64,000 nucleotides of DNA from Planctomycetota bacterium (GTDB lineage: Bacteria > Planctomycetota > UBA8742 > UBA2392): contig JACKIE010000001.1 of NCBI GenBank assembly GCA_020638635.1, positions 175,970 through 239,969 on the forward strand, written 5' to 3'. Under the pieces are notes generated by a model. The model made no database searches and was not told the DNA's origin. It saw only the letters and a list, made by a program, of their open reading frames with translations. Made by a program: the position numbers and the translations under genes. Below are positions 46,456 to 56,056 of the stretch, piece after piece (positions within the stretch are counted from its first letter, which is position 1; each line of letters begins with the position of its first letter).

Positions 46456-48515
46456 AGCGGCTGAAAACCGGCTTAAGAAGACTGCTCGCGGTCCTGCCCG
46501 CCCTGCTGGTAACCGCAGGCTGGTTAGCACTAACCACCACAACCCCAGGCTGCGGCGGCCAGGCAGCGGATGAAACCCGCGACGCCGGTCTGGTGCTGAA
46601 CTGGACGGAATCCACGGACCCTCGCAGCATTGACCCCCACAAGGCCGGTGACGTTGTGTCCAGCGGGCAGTGCGGCATGGTGTACGAGTGCCTGTACCAG
46701 TACGACTACCTGGCGCGGCCGGCGAAGCTGATCCCTTGCCTGGCCGAAAGCGATCCCGAGTATGACCCGAACACACTCACCTACACCTTCACCCTGCGCG
46801 ACGACGTGTACTTCCAGGACGACCGCTGCTTCCACCCGGACGCCGCGGGCAAATACTTCGAGGATGAAAGCGCCACCCAGCGGGCCGAGAAGGCCCCCGG
46901 CCGAAAGCTGACGGCGCGCGACGTTGAGTACAGTTTCAAACGCTTGGCGGCGCTGCCTGACTCGGGCGGCTTCTGGGTGGTGGAGGGCAAAATCGCCGGA
47001 CTTGATGCCTGGCGCGAGCAGGCCGTAAAGCTGAAGACCGAGGAGTGGGCGACCGACAAGGACTGGTACGAGTTCTTCGACACGCCTGTTGAGGGCCTGA
47101 AGGTGCTGGATGAGCGGCGCATCTCCGTCACGCTGCGTGAGCCTTACCCACAATTCCTGTACGCGATCACGCTTTCCTACGGCGCGGCGGTGGCTCGCGA
47201 GGCTGCCGAGTACTACGGCGACCAGATGACCCGCAACCCGGTCGGCACCGGCCCCTACATTCTGGACCACTGGTGGGAGCAGAAGGAAATCGTGTGGGTG
47301 CGTAACCCGAGTTTCCGGGAAGAGGTGTTCCCTACCACGAACGATCCGAAGGATGAACTGTGGAAGCCCCTGATGGGCAAGCGGCTGCCACTTTGCGACA
47401 CGGTGGTATTCCGCATCATCAAGGAATCGCAGCCGGCGTTCCTGGAATTCCTGGCCGGCAAGCTCGCGGCCAGCGGCATGGATAAAGACCAGTTCACGCA
47501 GGCCATGACGCCGCAGTCGGAGCTTACGGACGAGTACAAGCAGAAGGGCATCCGGCTGCGCTCGTACGCCGAGCCGACCATTCACTACATCAGCTTTAAC
47601 ATGAACGACGCCGTAGTTGGGACTCCGGGAGGTGAGAAAGGCCGTGCCATCCGCCGCGCCATGGCGCACGCGTTGAACCGCGATGACTACATACGCCGCA
47701 TGCAGAATGGTCGCGGCGAAAAGGCCGGACAGCTTGTGCCGCCCGGCATGGTGGGCCACTTCGCCGACTATTACATGCCCAGCCAGCGCTACGACCTTGA
47801 CAAGGCACGCCAGGTGCTGCGCGACGCGGGCTTCAAGGTGACCGGCTCCGGTGAAGAGTGGATGACGATTGACCCGGCCACGGGAAAGCAGGTAACTCTC
47901 AACGTCCTGCACCGCAGCACGCGTGATTCCACCAAGGACTACGCGGTGTTCCTGAACAACATGGGGCGGCGCATCGGCATCAACATCGAGAACGAGTTGA
48001 TGACGTTCCCCGAGTTCCTGGCCCGACAGGATGAGGGTACCGGTCAGGCCTACGACGCCGGCTGGGTGATGGACTACCCGGACGCTCAGAACATGCTGCA
48101 GCTGTTGTACGGCCCCAACAAGCCGCCCGGCATCAACAGCGCTTCCTACGCTTCCGAAGAATACGACGGGCTGTACAAGGAAATGTCGGTGCTGGACCAG
48201 GAAGTGCCCGAGCAACAGGAGCGCAAGCTGGATCTGATCCGCCAGATGAACGAGGTGCTGGATCGCGACGTGCCCTGGGTGCTGGTCGAGTTCCGCAAGA
48301 TCTTTTCGCTGTACCACCAGTGGTTCTACCCGGCCAAGTGGGACGAGCCGAACGCGTTTGCCTACACCTACTTCAAGTTCTACTACGTCGATCCGCAGGC
48401 ATCCGGCGCCGTCAACGAGCGTGAATCGCCGTTCTGGCCCGGATTCATTCTGCTGTTGGTGGCGCTGTCGCCCGCCGCGTTGATGGGCTGGAAAATCTAC
48501 AAGAACCAGAGCTGA
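46452..48515 (+). CDS. ABC transporter substrate-binding protein, family 5 (second, paralogous)
   Basis: ATG at 46452 (MKRLKTGLRRLLAVLPALLVTAG, lipobox-like TTTPGCGG), ATGA-coupled to the upstream SBP. ...GWVMDYPDAQNMLQLLYG... parallels the first SBP. Confidence 0.8.
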   Translation: MKRLKTGLRRLLAVLPALLVTAGWLALTTTTPGCGGQAADETRDAGLVLNWTESTDPRSIDPHKAGDVVSSGQCGMVYECLYQYDYLARPAKLIPCLAESDPEYDPNTLTYTFTLRDDVYFQDDRCFHPDAAGKYFEDESATQRAEKAPGRKLTARDVEYSFKRLAALPDSGGFWVVEGKIAGLDAWREQAVKLKTEEWATDKDWYEFFDTPVEGLKVLDERRISVTLREPYPQFLYAITLSYGAAVAREAAEYYGDQMTRNPVGTGPYILDHWWEQKEIVWVRNPSFREEVFPTTNDPKDELWKPLMGKRLPLCDTVVFRIIKESQPAFLEFLAGKLAASGMDKDQFTQAMTPQSELTDEYKQKGIRLRSYAEPTIHYISFNMNDAVVGTPGGEKGRAIRRAMAHALNRDDYIRRMQNGRGEKAGQLVPPGMVGHFADYYMPSQRYDLDKARQVLRDAGFKVTGSGEEWMTIDPATGKQVTLNVLHRSTRDSTKDYAVFLNNMGRRIGINIENELMTFPEFLARQDEGTGQAYDAGWVMDYPDAQNMLQLLYGPNKPPGINSASYASEEYDGLYKEMSVLDQEVPEQQERKLDLIRQMNEVLDRDVPWVLVEFRKIFSLYHQWFYPAKWDEPNAFAYTYFKFYYVDPQASGAVNERESPFWPGFILLLVALSPAALMGWKIYKNQS

Positions 48516-48526
48516 GGCAGGGCTGC

Positions 48527-49564
48527 ATGTTCGCCTACATCGTGCGAAGACTGCTTTACATGCCGTTGATCCTGTTCGGGGTCATCCTGCTTACGTTTAC
48601 GCTGTTCTACATGGTGGCCAGTCCGGACGCGTTGGCGAAGCTGCGCCTGAGCGAAAAGGCAACGCGCATGCAGGTGCTGGACTGGCAGGCCAGCCAGGGC
48701 TACATCGAGTGGCAGGAGCCCGGACTTGCCAAGAAGAAGCATATCCAGCGCATGTCCACGGCTGACGCCAAGCTGGTCGAGTTCAAAGAAGGCGAAGATT
48801 ACACAAAGCGCAGCTGGGTCGGCCTGTTCGGCAAGTACCTGGCATCGATCCTGACTCTCGACTTCGGCAAAGACCGAACGGATAAACCCGTAAGCGAGCG
48901 CTTGTGGGAAGGCCTGGGCCCCAGCCTTTCCCTCACTCTGCCGGCGTTCTTCATCGCCGAACTGGTGGGCGTGTTCTTCGGCCTGTTTGCGGCCATGTAC
49001 CGGCAGACTCGCATCGACCACACCATCGTGATCAGCTCGATCCTGATCATGAGCATCAACGGGATCGCGCTGATCATGTTCGGGCAGAAATTCCTGGCCG
49101 CGGACTGGGCTTACTTCCCCGTCCATGGCTATGACATCGGCCTGTCCGCCGCGCGGTTCCTGATCCTGCCGATTTGCCTGTATGTGGTGATCACGCTGGG
49201 CGAGAAGGTACGCTTCAACCGCATCGTGATGCTGGATGAGACGGACCAGGACTACGTCCGCACGGCCCGCGCCAAGGGCTTGGACGAAAACAAGGTGCTG
49301 TTCAAGCACGTGCTGCGCAATTCGCTGATTCCGTTGATAACGCGCTGGACGGTGGCAATCGCCAGCCTGTACGTGGGCTCGCTCGTACTGGAGAGCTTCT
49401 TCGGCATCCCGGGCCTGGGCTCCATGACCATCGACGCCATCGCAAACAACGACGTTGCGGTGGTCCGCGCCATCGTCGTGCTGGGCGCCGTGAGTTTCAT
49501 GATCGCCAACCTGATGTCGGACGTGCTGTACGCCGTGGTCGATCCGCGCGTGCGCCTGGAGTAA
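48527..49564 (+). CDS. ABC transporter permease (DppB/OppB-like)
   Basis: MFAYIVRRLLYMPLILFGVILLTF is the canonical N-terminus. The EAA-like loop DYVRTARAKGLDENKVLFKHVLRNSL. Confidence 0.85.
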   Translation: MFAYIVRRLLYMPLILFGVILLTFTLFYMVASPDALAKLRLSEKATRMQVLDWQASQGYIEWQEPGLAKKKHIQRMSTADAKLVEFKEGEDYTKRSWVGLFGKYLASILTLDFGKDRTDKPVSERLWEGLGPSLSLTLPAFFIAELVGVFFGLFAAMYRQTRIDHTIVISSILIMSINGIALIMFGQKFLAADWAYFPVHGYDIGLSAARFLILPICLYVVITLGEKVRFNRIVMLDETDQDYVRTARAKGLDENKVLFKHVLRNSLIPLITRWTVAIASLYVGSLVLESFFGIPGLGSMTIDAIANNDVAVVRAIVVLGAVSFMIANLMSDVLYAVVDPRVRLE

Positions 49565-49567
49565 CCA

Positions 49568-50638
49568 ATGCCGTGGCGTGAAGTGATCCGGTTGCTGTTG
49601 AAGCGCAAGCTGGCCGTGGTCTGCTTCGGCTTGATCTGCGTGATGGCGCTGCTGGCACTGTTCGCGCCGTGGCTGGCGCCTGACGAAGCACTGCGCGAAC
49701 AGATTGGACTGGACGAAACCACGGGCCTTGAGCGCCCGTACCACCCGCCCGGCTGGTACCTGTACTTCAGTCCCGACCACCCCCACTTCGAGAAAACCGG
49801 TTTTCGCATGGAGGGCGAAGGCGACAAGGCGGAGGCCGTCACCAACCCGCCTATGCCCGAAGCGGACCGTGAGTGGGGATTCTTTGACGCGCGTACCTGG
49901 CACCTTCCACTCGGCGCCGACATCGGCGGCGTGAGCGTGCTGGCGCGGCTCGTACGCGGAGTGAGGCTGGCGTTCATCATCGGCCTGATCCCCACCATCA
50001 TCAGCTCGATCATCGCGACCATCATGGGCCTGGCTGCCGGGTACTTCGGCAAGTGGGTGGACGACGTCATCACCTACATCATCTCGGTGCTGGCCAGCGT
50101 GCCGCTGCTGCTGTTGCTGATCGCCTTCATTCAAGCGGTACGCGAAAGCGAGGCTATCGCCGGCGCCTTCGAGTCAGTCGGAGTGACCGACAAGGCCCAG
50201 CGCAACCTTTACCTGGTCCTTATCGTGATCGGCCTCACCACCTGGATCGGCTTGTGCCGCCTGGTGCGCGCAGAGGTGCTGAAGCACAAGAACCGCGACT
50301 ACGTTGCTGCCGCGCGGGCATTGGGCTGCGGCGAGTGGCGCATCCTGTTCAAGCACATCTTGCCCAACGTGATGCACGTGGTGATCATCTTCTTCACCCT
50401 CAGCTTCGTGGGTGCCGTGGGGCTTGAAGTGTTCCTGAGCTACGTCGGCATCGGAGTTGACCCGACCCTGCAAACCTGGGGTCGCGTGATCACGGCCGCG
50501 CGCAGCGAACTGCAGCGCAGCCCTTCGGTGTGGTGGCCGCTGGTAGGCGCGACGGGCTTCCTGTTCACGTTGTCGCTTTCTTTCAGCCTGTTTGGTGATG
50601 CCTTGCGCGATGCGCTTGATCCGAAGTTGCGCACCTAG
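49568..50638 (+). CDS. ABC transporter permease (DppC/OppC-like)
   Basis: EAA loop DYVAAARALGCGEWRILFKHILPNVM. 356 aa, 6 TM. Confidence 0.85.
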   Translation: MPWREVIRLLLKRKLAVVCFGLICVMALLALFAPWLAPDEALREQIGLDETTGLERPYHPPGWYLYFSPDHPHFEKTGFRMEGEGDKAEAVTNPPMPEADREWGFFDARTWHLPLGADIGGVSVLARLVRGVRLAFIIGLIPTIISSIIATIMGLAAGYFGKWVDDVITYIISVLASVPLLLLLIAFIQAVRESEAIAGAFESVGVTDKAQRNLYLVLIVIGLTTWIGLCRLVRAEVLKHKNRDYVAAARALGCGEWRILFKHILPNVMHVVIIFFTLSFVGAVGLEVFLSYVGIGVDPTLQTWGRVITAARSELQRSPSVWWPLVGATGFLFTLSLSFSLFGDALRDALDPKLRT

Positions 50639-50659
50639 TAGCGTTGCGCCTGAGGCCTT

Positions 50660-51391
50660 ATGCGGACTGGCATCTTCATCACGGGTACCGATACCGGCGT
50701 CGGCAAGACCATCGTTGCCGCCGGCCTGGTGCTTGCCCTCAAGCAGCGCGGCCTGAACGTCGGCTACATGAAGCCCGTCGAAAGCGGCTGCCCCGTGCTG
50801 GACGGCGAAGTGGTGCCCCAGGACGTGCGCTTCGTCCGCGAGGTCACCGGCATCCGCGACGACCTTGACCTGATGTGCCCCTACCGCCTCAAGGCCGCCG
50901 CGGCGCCGAGCATCGCCAGCCGCCTCGACGACGTGCACGTGGACATCGGATACATCGTGGACCAGTACTTCCAGCTGTCACTGATGCACGAGATCGTGGT
51001 GGTGGAAGGCGTCGGCGGCCTGATGGTGCCGCTGAACAACAACGACCTCGTCACCGACCTGGTGCTGCAACTGGGGCTCGAGATGCTGGTGGTCGCGCGC
51101 CCCGGCCTGGGCACCATCAACCACAGCCTGCTGACCATCAACATCGCCAAGATGATGGGCATTCCGCTCAGCGGCCTGGTCATCAACGGCTTCGGGCGCG
51201 AGGCGATCGGCCTGCCGGAACGCACCAACCCCGACGAGATCGAGCATTTCGGCAACGTGCCGGTGCTCGGCATCCTGCCCTGGCTGAAGGACCTGGACTA
51301 TCAAACCTGCAGGCCGGGCTCGCTGTTGAGCGAGTTCATGGAACGCGTGAACATCGAGCCGCTCCTGCAGGGCAGCGACGACGAGTTCTAG
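50660..51391 (+). CDS. bioD: ATP-dependent dethiobiotin synthetase
   Basis: MRTGIFITGTDTGVGKTIVAAGL (P-loop), YMKPVESG, VVEGVGGLMVPL. Confidence 0.85.
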   Translation: MRTGIFITGTDTGVGKTIVAAGLVLALKQRGLNVGYMKPVESGCPVLDGEVVPQDVRFVREVTGIRDDLDLMCPYRLKAAAAPSIASRLDDVHVDIGYIVDQYFQLSLMHEIVVVEGVGGLMVPLNNNDLVTDLVLQLGLEMLVVARPGLGTINHSLLTINIAKMMGIPLSGLVINGFGREAIGLPERTNPDEIEHFGNVPVLGILPWLKDLDYQTCRPGSLLSEFMERVNIEPLLQGSDDEF

Positions 51392-51395
51392 CGCG

Positions 51396-53267
51396 TTACT
51401 TGTTGCCCGTGGTTACCCGCCGGGCCGGCACCGTGCCCTTCTTCAGGAACAGCAGCGCGAAGCAGGTGTCCGGCATGGTGCCCCAGCTGCCGTTGTCCTG
51501 CTGGATCGACACCAGCACCGAGGCGCCCTCGGCGTACCAGTCGTGCGGGCCGAGGCGGCGGGTCTGGCTCAGCATCATCACGCGCTCAAGGCCGTACATG
51601 TAGTAAAGGTACCAGCTGCGTCCCTTGTTGGGGTTGCGGGTCACGCTGAACCAATGCTCGAGCCAGCACAGGCCGTCCTCCTGGCTTTCGATGGCGGCTT
51701 TCTTCCACTTGTCGATGGCGGCCTGGCTGCCGAACTCGGCCTTCAGCTGCTCGGTAGTCATGCTTTCCACGATATCCAGGCCCACCAGCACGCAGGTCAG
51801 GCCCGCGGTGGTCATGGAACCATAAGCGTCGGTGCTCTCGCTGTAGCGGTCCCACTTGGCCTTGCTGGCGTAGTTCCAGCCTCGCGCCTTGCCGGTCCTG
51901 GATGCGTACGTGCTGCGGCCCGCGTCGCGCCCGCCCTCCTTGGGCGGCTTGTAGCCCACCACGCGCTTGACCTTGGGGCCGTCGGGCATCTGGTGGTGAA
52001 TGGTCTCCTCCACCAGTTTGCCGACCACGCCCGCCGGGATGCGCACATCGCAACGCAGGGCCGCGGCCAGGCCCAGCAGCGCGTACTGGGTGTTGGAGAA
52101 GTCAAAGCGCCAGGTTTCCGTGTTGGGTGTGTAGTTCCAGAACGGATTTTTCTGGCGATTCTGATTCTCGACCAGCCAGTCCACCAGGCGCTGCATCTCC
52201 TGTCGGTCTTCGTCGCTCAGCTCGCGTTTGAAATCCGGGAACTTCTCGCCTTCGCTGAGGTATGCCCGGCGCTCGGCCTCCGTGATGTAGCGCGCCTCGT
52301 AGGCCATCAGCGAGACGGCCACCGAGTAGGTCTCCTCCAACTCCGTGCCCTTCAACGCTTCAAAGCCCCGCACGATGGCGGGGTCGTCGGCCGGCACGTC
52401 GCAGGTCAGCAGGGTCAGCAGCGCAAGCGCCGAGCCCCCGCGCGAGCGCGTGCCGTAGGGCCAGAAGCCCTCGGCGTTTTGCAAGGTTTTCAGGTGCTCG
52501 GCGCCGCGCGCGATGGCCGTCACCACCTTGTCGTTCAGGTATCGGCCGGAGGCGCTGTCGAACTCCTTGCTGAACTCGAAGCGCACGGACCAGTGGTGCT
52601 CCAGGCGCGCGGCCGCGATCTTGGCGGCACTGGCCCGCCAGCGGGCGGCGTGCAGCTTAATGTCTGCGGCCTCCAAGCGGCCCTGCTCGGGGTTGAACCA
52701 GGCGGTGGTCTCAGCGTGGAAGGCGAACCAGCGAGCCTCGGTTTCAAGCGGCACCTTCTGCGGGGCCACTAAGTCGTGCACGCCGGTGATGGCGGCGCAC
52801 TCAACGTTGCGGCACTGCTCGGAGCCCTGCAGGGTGTACTTGCTGGCGAGGTTCAGGCCGGGCATCTCGACCAGGCGCTCCAGGCTCCAGGCGCGGTCCC
52901 ATTCGAAGCCTTGGTTGGCTTTCTTTTCCGGGATCTGCATGGCCAGCTGGATCAGCAGGTCCTCCATCACGAAGGGCGCATGAACGACGTGCAGGGTGCC
53001 GGTGTCGTCGAACTCGTGGCCCATGTAGTGGGCGTGGGTCAGGGCCGGATCTTCATTGATGGCGCCCTGTGGCACCGGCTCAGGCGCGTCGATTTTCGCC
53101 TGCGCGGTGACCGTGTAATGCAGGTAGGTGGTCGGCGGCGTCTTCCATTGCAGCTCGAAGCGCTGGTTGGCGCGCTGCTGCGGCTCCGCAATTTCGGCAC
53201 CCGCCTGTGTTGTCATTACCACCAGCAGCAGTAGTGCGGCCGGCGCTCCCCAGATCATGCGTCCCAT
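51396..53267 (-). CDS. secreted prenyltransferase/squalene-oxidase-repeat (alpha/alpha-toroid, terpene-cyclase-like) protein
   Basis: Signal peptide. QxxxGxW-type repeats (LQNAEGFWPYG, IQQDNGSWGT). Toroid helix blocks QYALLGLAAAL and YGSMTTAGLTCVLVGL. Strong SD GGGGAGGG. Confidence 0.6.
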   Translation of the reverse strand: MGRMIWGAPAALLLLVVMTTQAGAEIAEPQQRANQRFELQWKTPPTTYLHYTVTAQAKIDAPEPVPQGAINEDPALTHAHYMGHEFDDTGTLHVVHAPFVMEDLLIQLAMQIPEKKANQGFEWDRAWSLERLVEMPGLNLASKYTLQGSEQCRNVECAAITGVHDLVAPQKVPLETEARWFAFHAETTAWFNPEQGRLEAADIKLHAARWRASAAKIAAARLEHHWSVRFEFSKEFDSASGRYLNDKVVTAIARGAEHLKTLQNAEGFWPYGTRSRGGSALALLTLLTCDVPADDPAIVRGFEALKGTELEETYSVAVSLMAYEARYITEAERRAYLSEGEKFPDFKRELSDEDRQEMQRLVDWLVENQNRQKNPFWNYTPNTETWRFDFSNTQYALLGLAAALRCDVRIPAGVVGKLVEETIHHQMPDGPKVKRVVGYKPPKEGGRDAGRSTYASRTGKARGWNYASKAKWDRYSESTDAYGSMTTAGLTCVLVGLDIVESMTTEQLKAEFGSQAAIDKWKKAAIESQEDGLCWLEHWFSVTRNPNKGRSWYLYYMYGLERVMMLSQTRRLGPHDWYAEGASVLVSIQQDNGSWGTMPDTCFALLFLKKGTVPARRVTTGNK

Positions 53268-53418
53268 GGCACCCTCCCCGTGCGTTAGAACGATGTGATT
53301 TTACGCAAGGGTACAGCCGAGGCGCTCCATGGACGAACTCCGCTGCAAAGTCGTCTCGCAATTTCGGGATGTACAATGCGGACAGACACAATTCCGGGGC
53401 TGAATTTGCTCCGAAGGT

Positions 53419-55269
53419 CTAATCCTTCGGGCCCCCGGTGTACACAGGCTTGCTGAGCTGCACCGTGCCGCGTTTCAGGAACAGGAGGGCGAACGACGTA
53501 TCGACGGCCCCGCCCCAGCTTCCATCATCCGCCTGCAAGGTGATCAGCGCTGATGCGCCCTGGAAGTACCAGTCGTGTATGCCCAGATAGCGCACGTCGG
53601 CCAGCATGCATATGCGTTCCAGGCCGTAGAGGTAGTAGTAGTACCAATAGCGCCCGTTGTTGGGGTTGCGTGTGATGCTGAACCACAGCTCCATCCAGGC
53701 CATGCCGCTGTCGAGGGCGAGCTGGGTGTCCCGCTCCCAGTTCTTGTACATCGAGTTGTTTGTGAACTCGGCCCGGCGGGTTTCTTCGTCCATGTTGGCG
53801 GCGATGTCCAGGCCGGCGATCAGCGTGGTGATGCCGGCGCAGGTCATCGATCCGTAAGCGCTGGTAGCGCCGGTTTCGCGCGTCCAGGTCGCCGCGTAGG
53901 TGTAGGCCCAGCCACGAGCCTTGATGTCCTTGGTCGAGAGCGTGACCTTGTCGTCGCCCTTCTTGCCACGCTTCTTCTTGCCCGGCTTGTAGTCAACCAC
54001 GCGCTTGATTTCAGGGCCGTCCGGCGCCTGCAAGGTGCGCACGAACTGCACCAGCTCGCGCACGTAGCCGGTGGGTATTTTCGCCCCGCAGCGCATGGCT
54101 GTGCCCAGCCCCAGCAGCGCGTACTGGGTCACCGAGAAGTCGTAGCGCGCGGCCTGGTCGGGGTCGCGCGTGTAGTTCCACATCACGTTGGGCTCGTTGC
54201 GGTTGGCGATCAGCCAGTCGGTCAGGCGCTGCACTTCGGCCAGGTCTTCCTTGCCCAGTTCGCGCTTGCCCGGCGCGGCTTTTTCGCCCTCCAGGAAGGC
54301 CTCGCGTTCGGTCTTGCTGATGTAGCGCGCCTCGTAGGCCATGATCGAGACCGCCACGTCGTAGGTAGTCACGAACTCGGTGTCTTGCAGCAGCGTGAAG
54401 GCTTCGGTGACGCGCGGGTCGTCGGGGTTCTCGCCGCACATCAGCAGCGCCAGCAGCGCCAGGGCCGTTCCGCCGCGCTGGTGCCGGCCGTAAGGCCAGT
54501 AGCCCTCCTTGCCGCGCTGGGCCCACAGTCGCTCGACGCCGCGGGAGATGGCGATGTCCACCTTCTTCTTGATCCACTCGGTCTCGGTGGAGTCGATCGG
54601 CGGCTTCAGCTTCCACTCGAGGTCCCACAGGTAGTTCCTGGTGACCGGTTGTTCCTCGGCCTTAGGTGCGGGTTCGAGCTTGCTGCCGCGCAGGGCCAGC
54701 TTCATGCCCAGCAGGCAGCCCGCTTCGCCGTCGAAGAAGGCGTCGGTGGTCAGCTCGAATTTCGTCCAGCGCGGCGGGTTGTCGCCCGCGCGCTCGGCCT
54801 TCAGCTTGTGGGTGCCGACGATGTGCGCGCACTCGTGGCCGCTGTAGGCGGCCAGTTCTTTGAACAGGTAACTTGAGCTGACCTCCAGCTGCTGGGTGCC
54901 GGACACGCGGTCAAAACTCCACTCGCGCGTCCACGCATCTTCCGCGCGCGCGCTGGCGCCGGGCAGCGCCGCACCCAGCTGGAACAGCATCTCCTCGAAC
55001 ACCCAGGGGCGGGACAACCCCGCCAACCCGCCATCGGGGCCGATCTCGTAGCCCATCAGGTGCACGTACTGCAGGTTTGGCTTGGGGTCGGTTTCTTCGC
55101 CCACTCCGGCCTGCGTCTCCACGGCGTAATGCAGGTAGGTGGTGGAGTCCACGTTCCAGGCCAGTTCGGCCTTGTCGCGCGCCAGCGCCGTGACATGCCG
55201 GGGCCCGGCCACCATCAGCGGCAGTACGGCGAGCAGCGCGGCGGCCACGCGCAGTGCAGTTGTCCGCAT
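53419..55269 (-). CDS. secreted prenyltransferase/squalene-oxidase-repeat protein, tandem paralog
   Basis: Same block order as the upstream copy (HYAVETQAG, RGKEGYWPYG, QYALLGLGTAM, YGSMTCAGITTLIAGL, QADDGSWGGAV, FALLFLKRGTV). Start placed at the ATG at 55267-55269 (MRTTALRVAAALLAVLPLMVAG). Confidence 0.6.
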   Translation of the reverse strand: MRTTALRVAAALLAVLPLMVAGPRHVTALARDKAELAWNVDSTTYLHYAVETQAGVGEETDPKPNLQYVHLMGYEIGPDGGLAGLSRPWVFEEMLFQLGAALPGASARAEDAWTREWSFDRVSGTQQLEVSSSYLFKELAAYSGHECAHIVGTHKLKAERAGDNPPRWTKFELTTDAFFDGEAGCLLGMKLALRGSKLEPAPKAEEQPVTRNYLWDLEWKLKPPIDSTETEWIKKKVDIAISRGVERLWAQRGKEGYWPYGRHQRGGTALALLALLMCGENPDDPRVTEAFTLLQDTEFVTTYDVAVSIMAYEARYISKTEREAFLEGEKAAPGKRELGKEDLAEVQRLTDWLIANRNEPNVMWNYTRDPDQAARYDFSVTQYALLGLGTAMRCGAKIPTGYVRELVQFVRTLQAPDGPEIKRVVDYKPGKKKRGKKGDDKVTLSTKDIKARGWAYTYAATWTRETGATSAYGSMTCAGITTLIAGLDIAANMDEETRRAEFTNNSMYKNWERDTQLALDSGMAWMELWFSITRNPNNGRYWYYYYLYGLERICMLADVRYLGIHDWYFQGASALITLQADDGSWGGAVDTSFALLFLKRGTVQLSKPVYTGGPKD

Positions 55270-55288
55270 GATCCCCACGTTCCGCCCG

Positions 55289-56056
55289 TTACCTGAGGGT
55301 CTTGTGCGCGTCCTTGACGGCTTCGTGCAACTCGCCTAGCTGGATCTTCCGCTCATCCAGTTCAGACTTCAGCGCCTTAGCGCTCTTGATAAGCGCCGGG
55401 CCGTCCTTGGCGTCTTTCAGTTTACTTTCTGCGTTGATCAACTCATCGGCCTGCTTGAGTTCCGTGGCGATTCGCTTTTCCTCGTCGCTGACCCAACTGT
55501 CGAAGTCATTCAGCTGGGCCTTGAGCTGCTTGATCGCCACCTGCCTGGTCTCGGGCTCCGTGATGCCCTCCAGCTTGTTCGTTTCGGGCACGACCGGCAG
55601 CACACCGATCGCGTCACGCCAGTCCGCCAGCGCACCGCGCGCTTCCTTCACCCGCGCGTCCAATCCGCCCGTGGCCGTCAGTTGCGCCACCGCGTGCTTC
55701 GCGGCGGCGGCCCGCAACTCGCCGTGCTTGTTGGCCAGGCTGCGCTCGGCCTCGCGCAGCTTTTTGGCGGCGTCGCCCGCCTGCTTTGCCAGGCTGGTGC
55801 CGGTGGTCTTCAGTTTCTTCTCTAGGGCCTGGTCGCCGGCCTGCTGGGCCTTCTTGATTTCAGTGTTGTTGTCGGCCACCTTTTTGTCGGCATCGCGCGC
55901 TTCGCGGGCGGCCTCGTTCAGACTGTCCTCGAGTTTCTTGATGTCCTGCTTGAGCGCCTTGTAGTCCGGCTCGGCGCGCACGACGCCGCCCGCTGCCAGC
56001 GTCAGCAGGCAGGCAAGCAGCAGGAGGGCCAGGCTATGCAGGTTTCGAGAGGCCAT
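55289..56056 (-). CDS. secreted coiled-coil protein (hypothetical)
   Basis: Signal peptide MASRNLHSLALLLLACLLTLAAGGVVRA, then Lys/Glu/Ala-rich heptad-like sequence throughout. Overlaps the 3' end of the response-regulator gene by 23 nt. Confidence 0.4.
   Translation of the reverse strand: MASRNLHSLALLLLACLLTLAAGGVVRAEPDYKALKQDIKKLEDSLNEAAREARDADKKVADNNTEIKKAQQAGDQALEKKLKTTGTSLAKQAGDAAKKLREAERSLANKHGELRAAAAKHAVAQLTATGGLDARVKEARGALADWRDAIGVLPVVPETNKLEGITEPETRQVAIKQLKAQLNDFDSWVSDEEKRIATELKQADELINAESKLKDAKDGPALIKSAKALKSELDERKIQLGELHEAVKDAHKTLR

Noticed and set aside
46530-50134. 595-aa and 545-aa reverse-strand ORFs opposite the SBP and permease genes
   Set aside because: Antisense high-GC artefacts (His/Arg/Gln/Val-rich, no transporter or other motifs).
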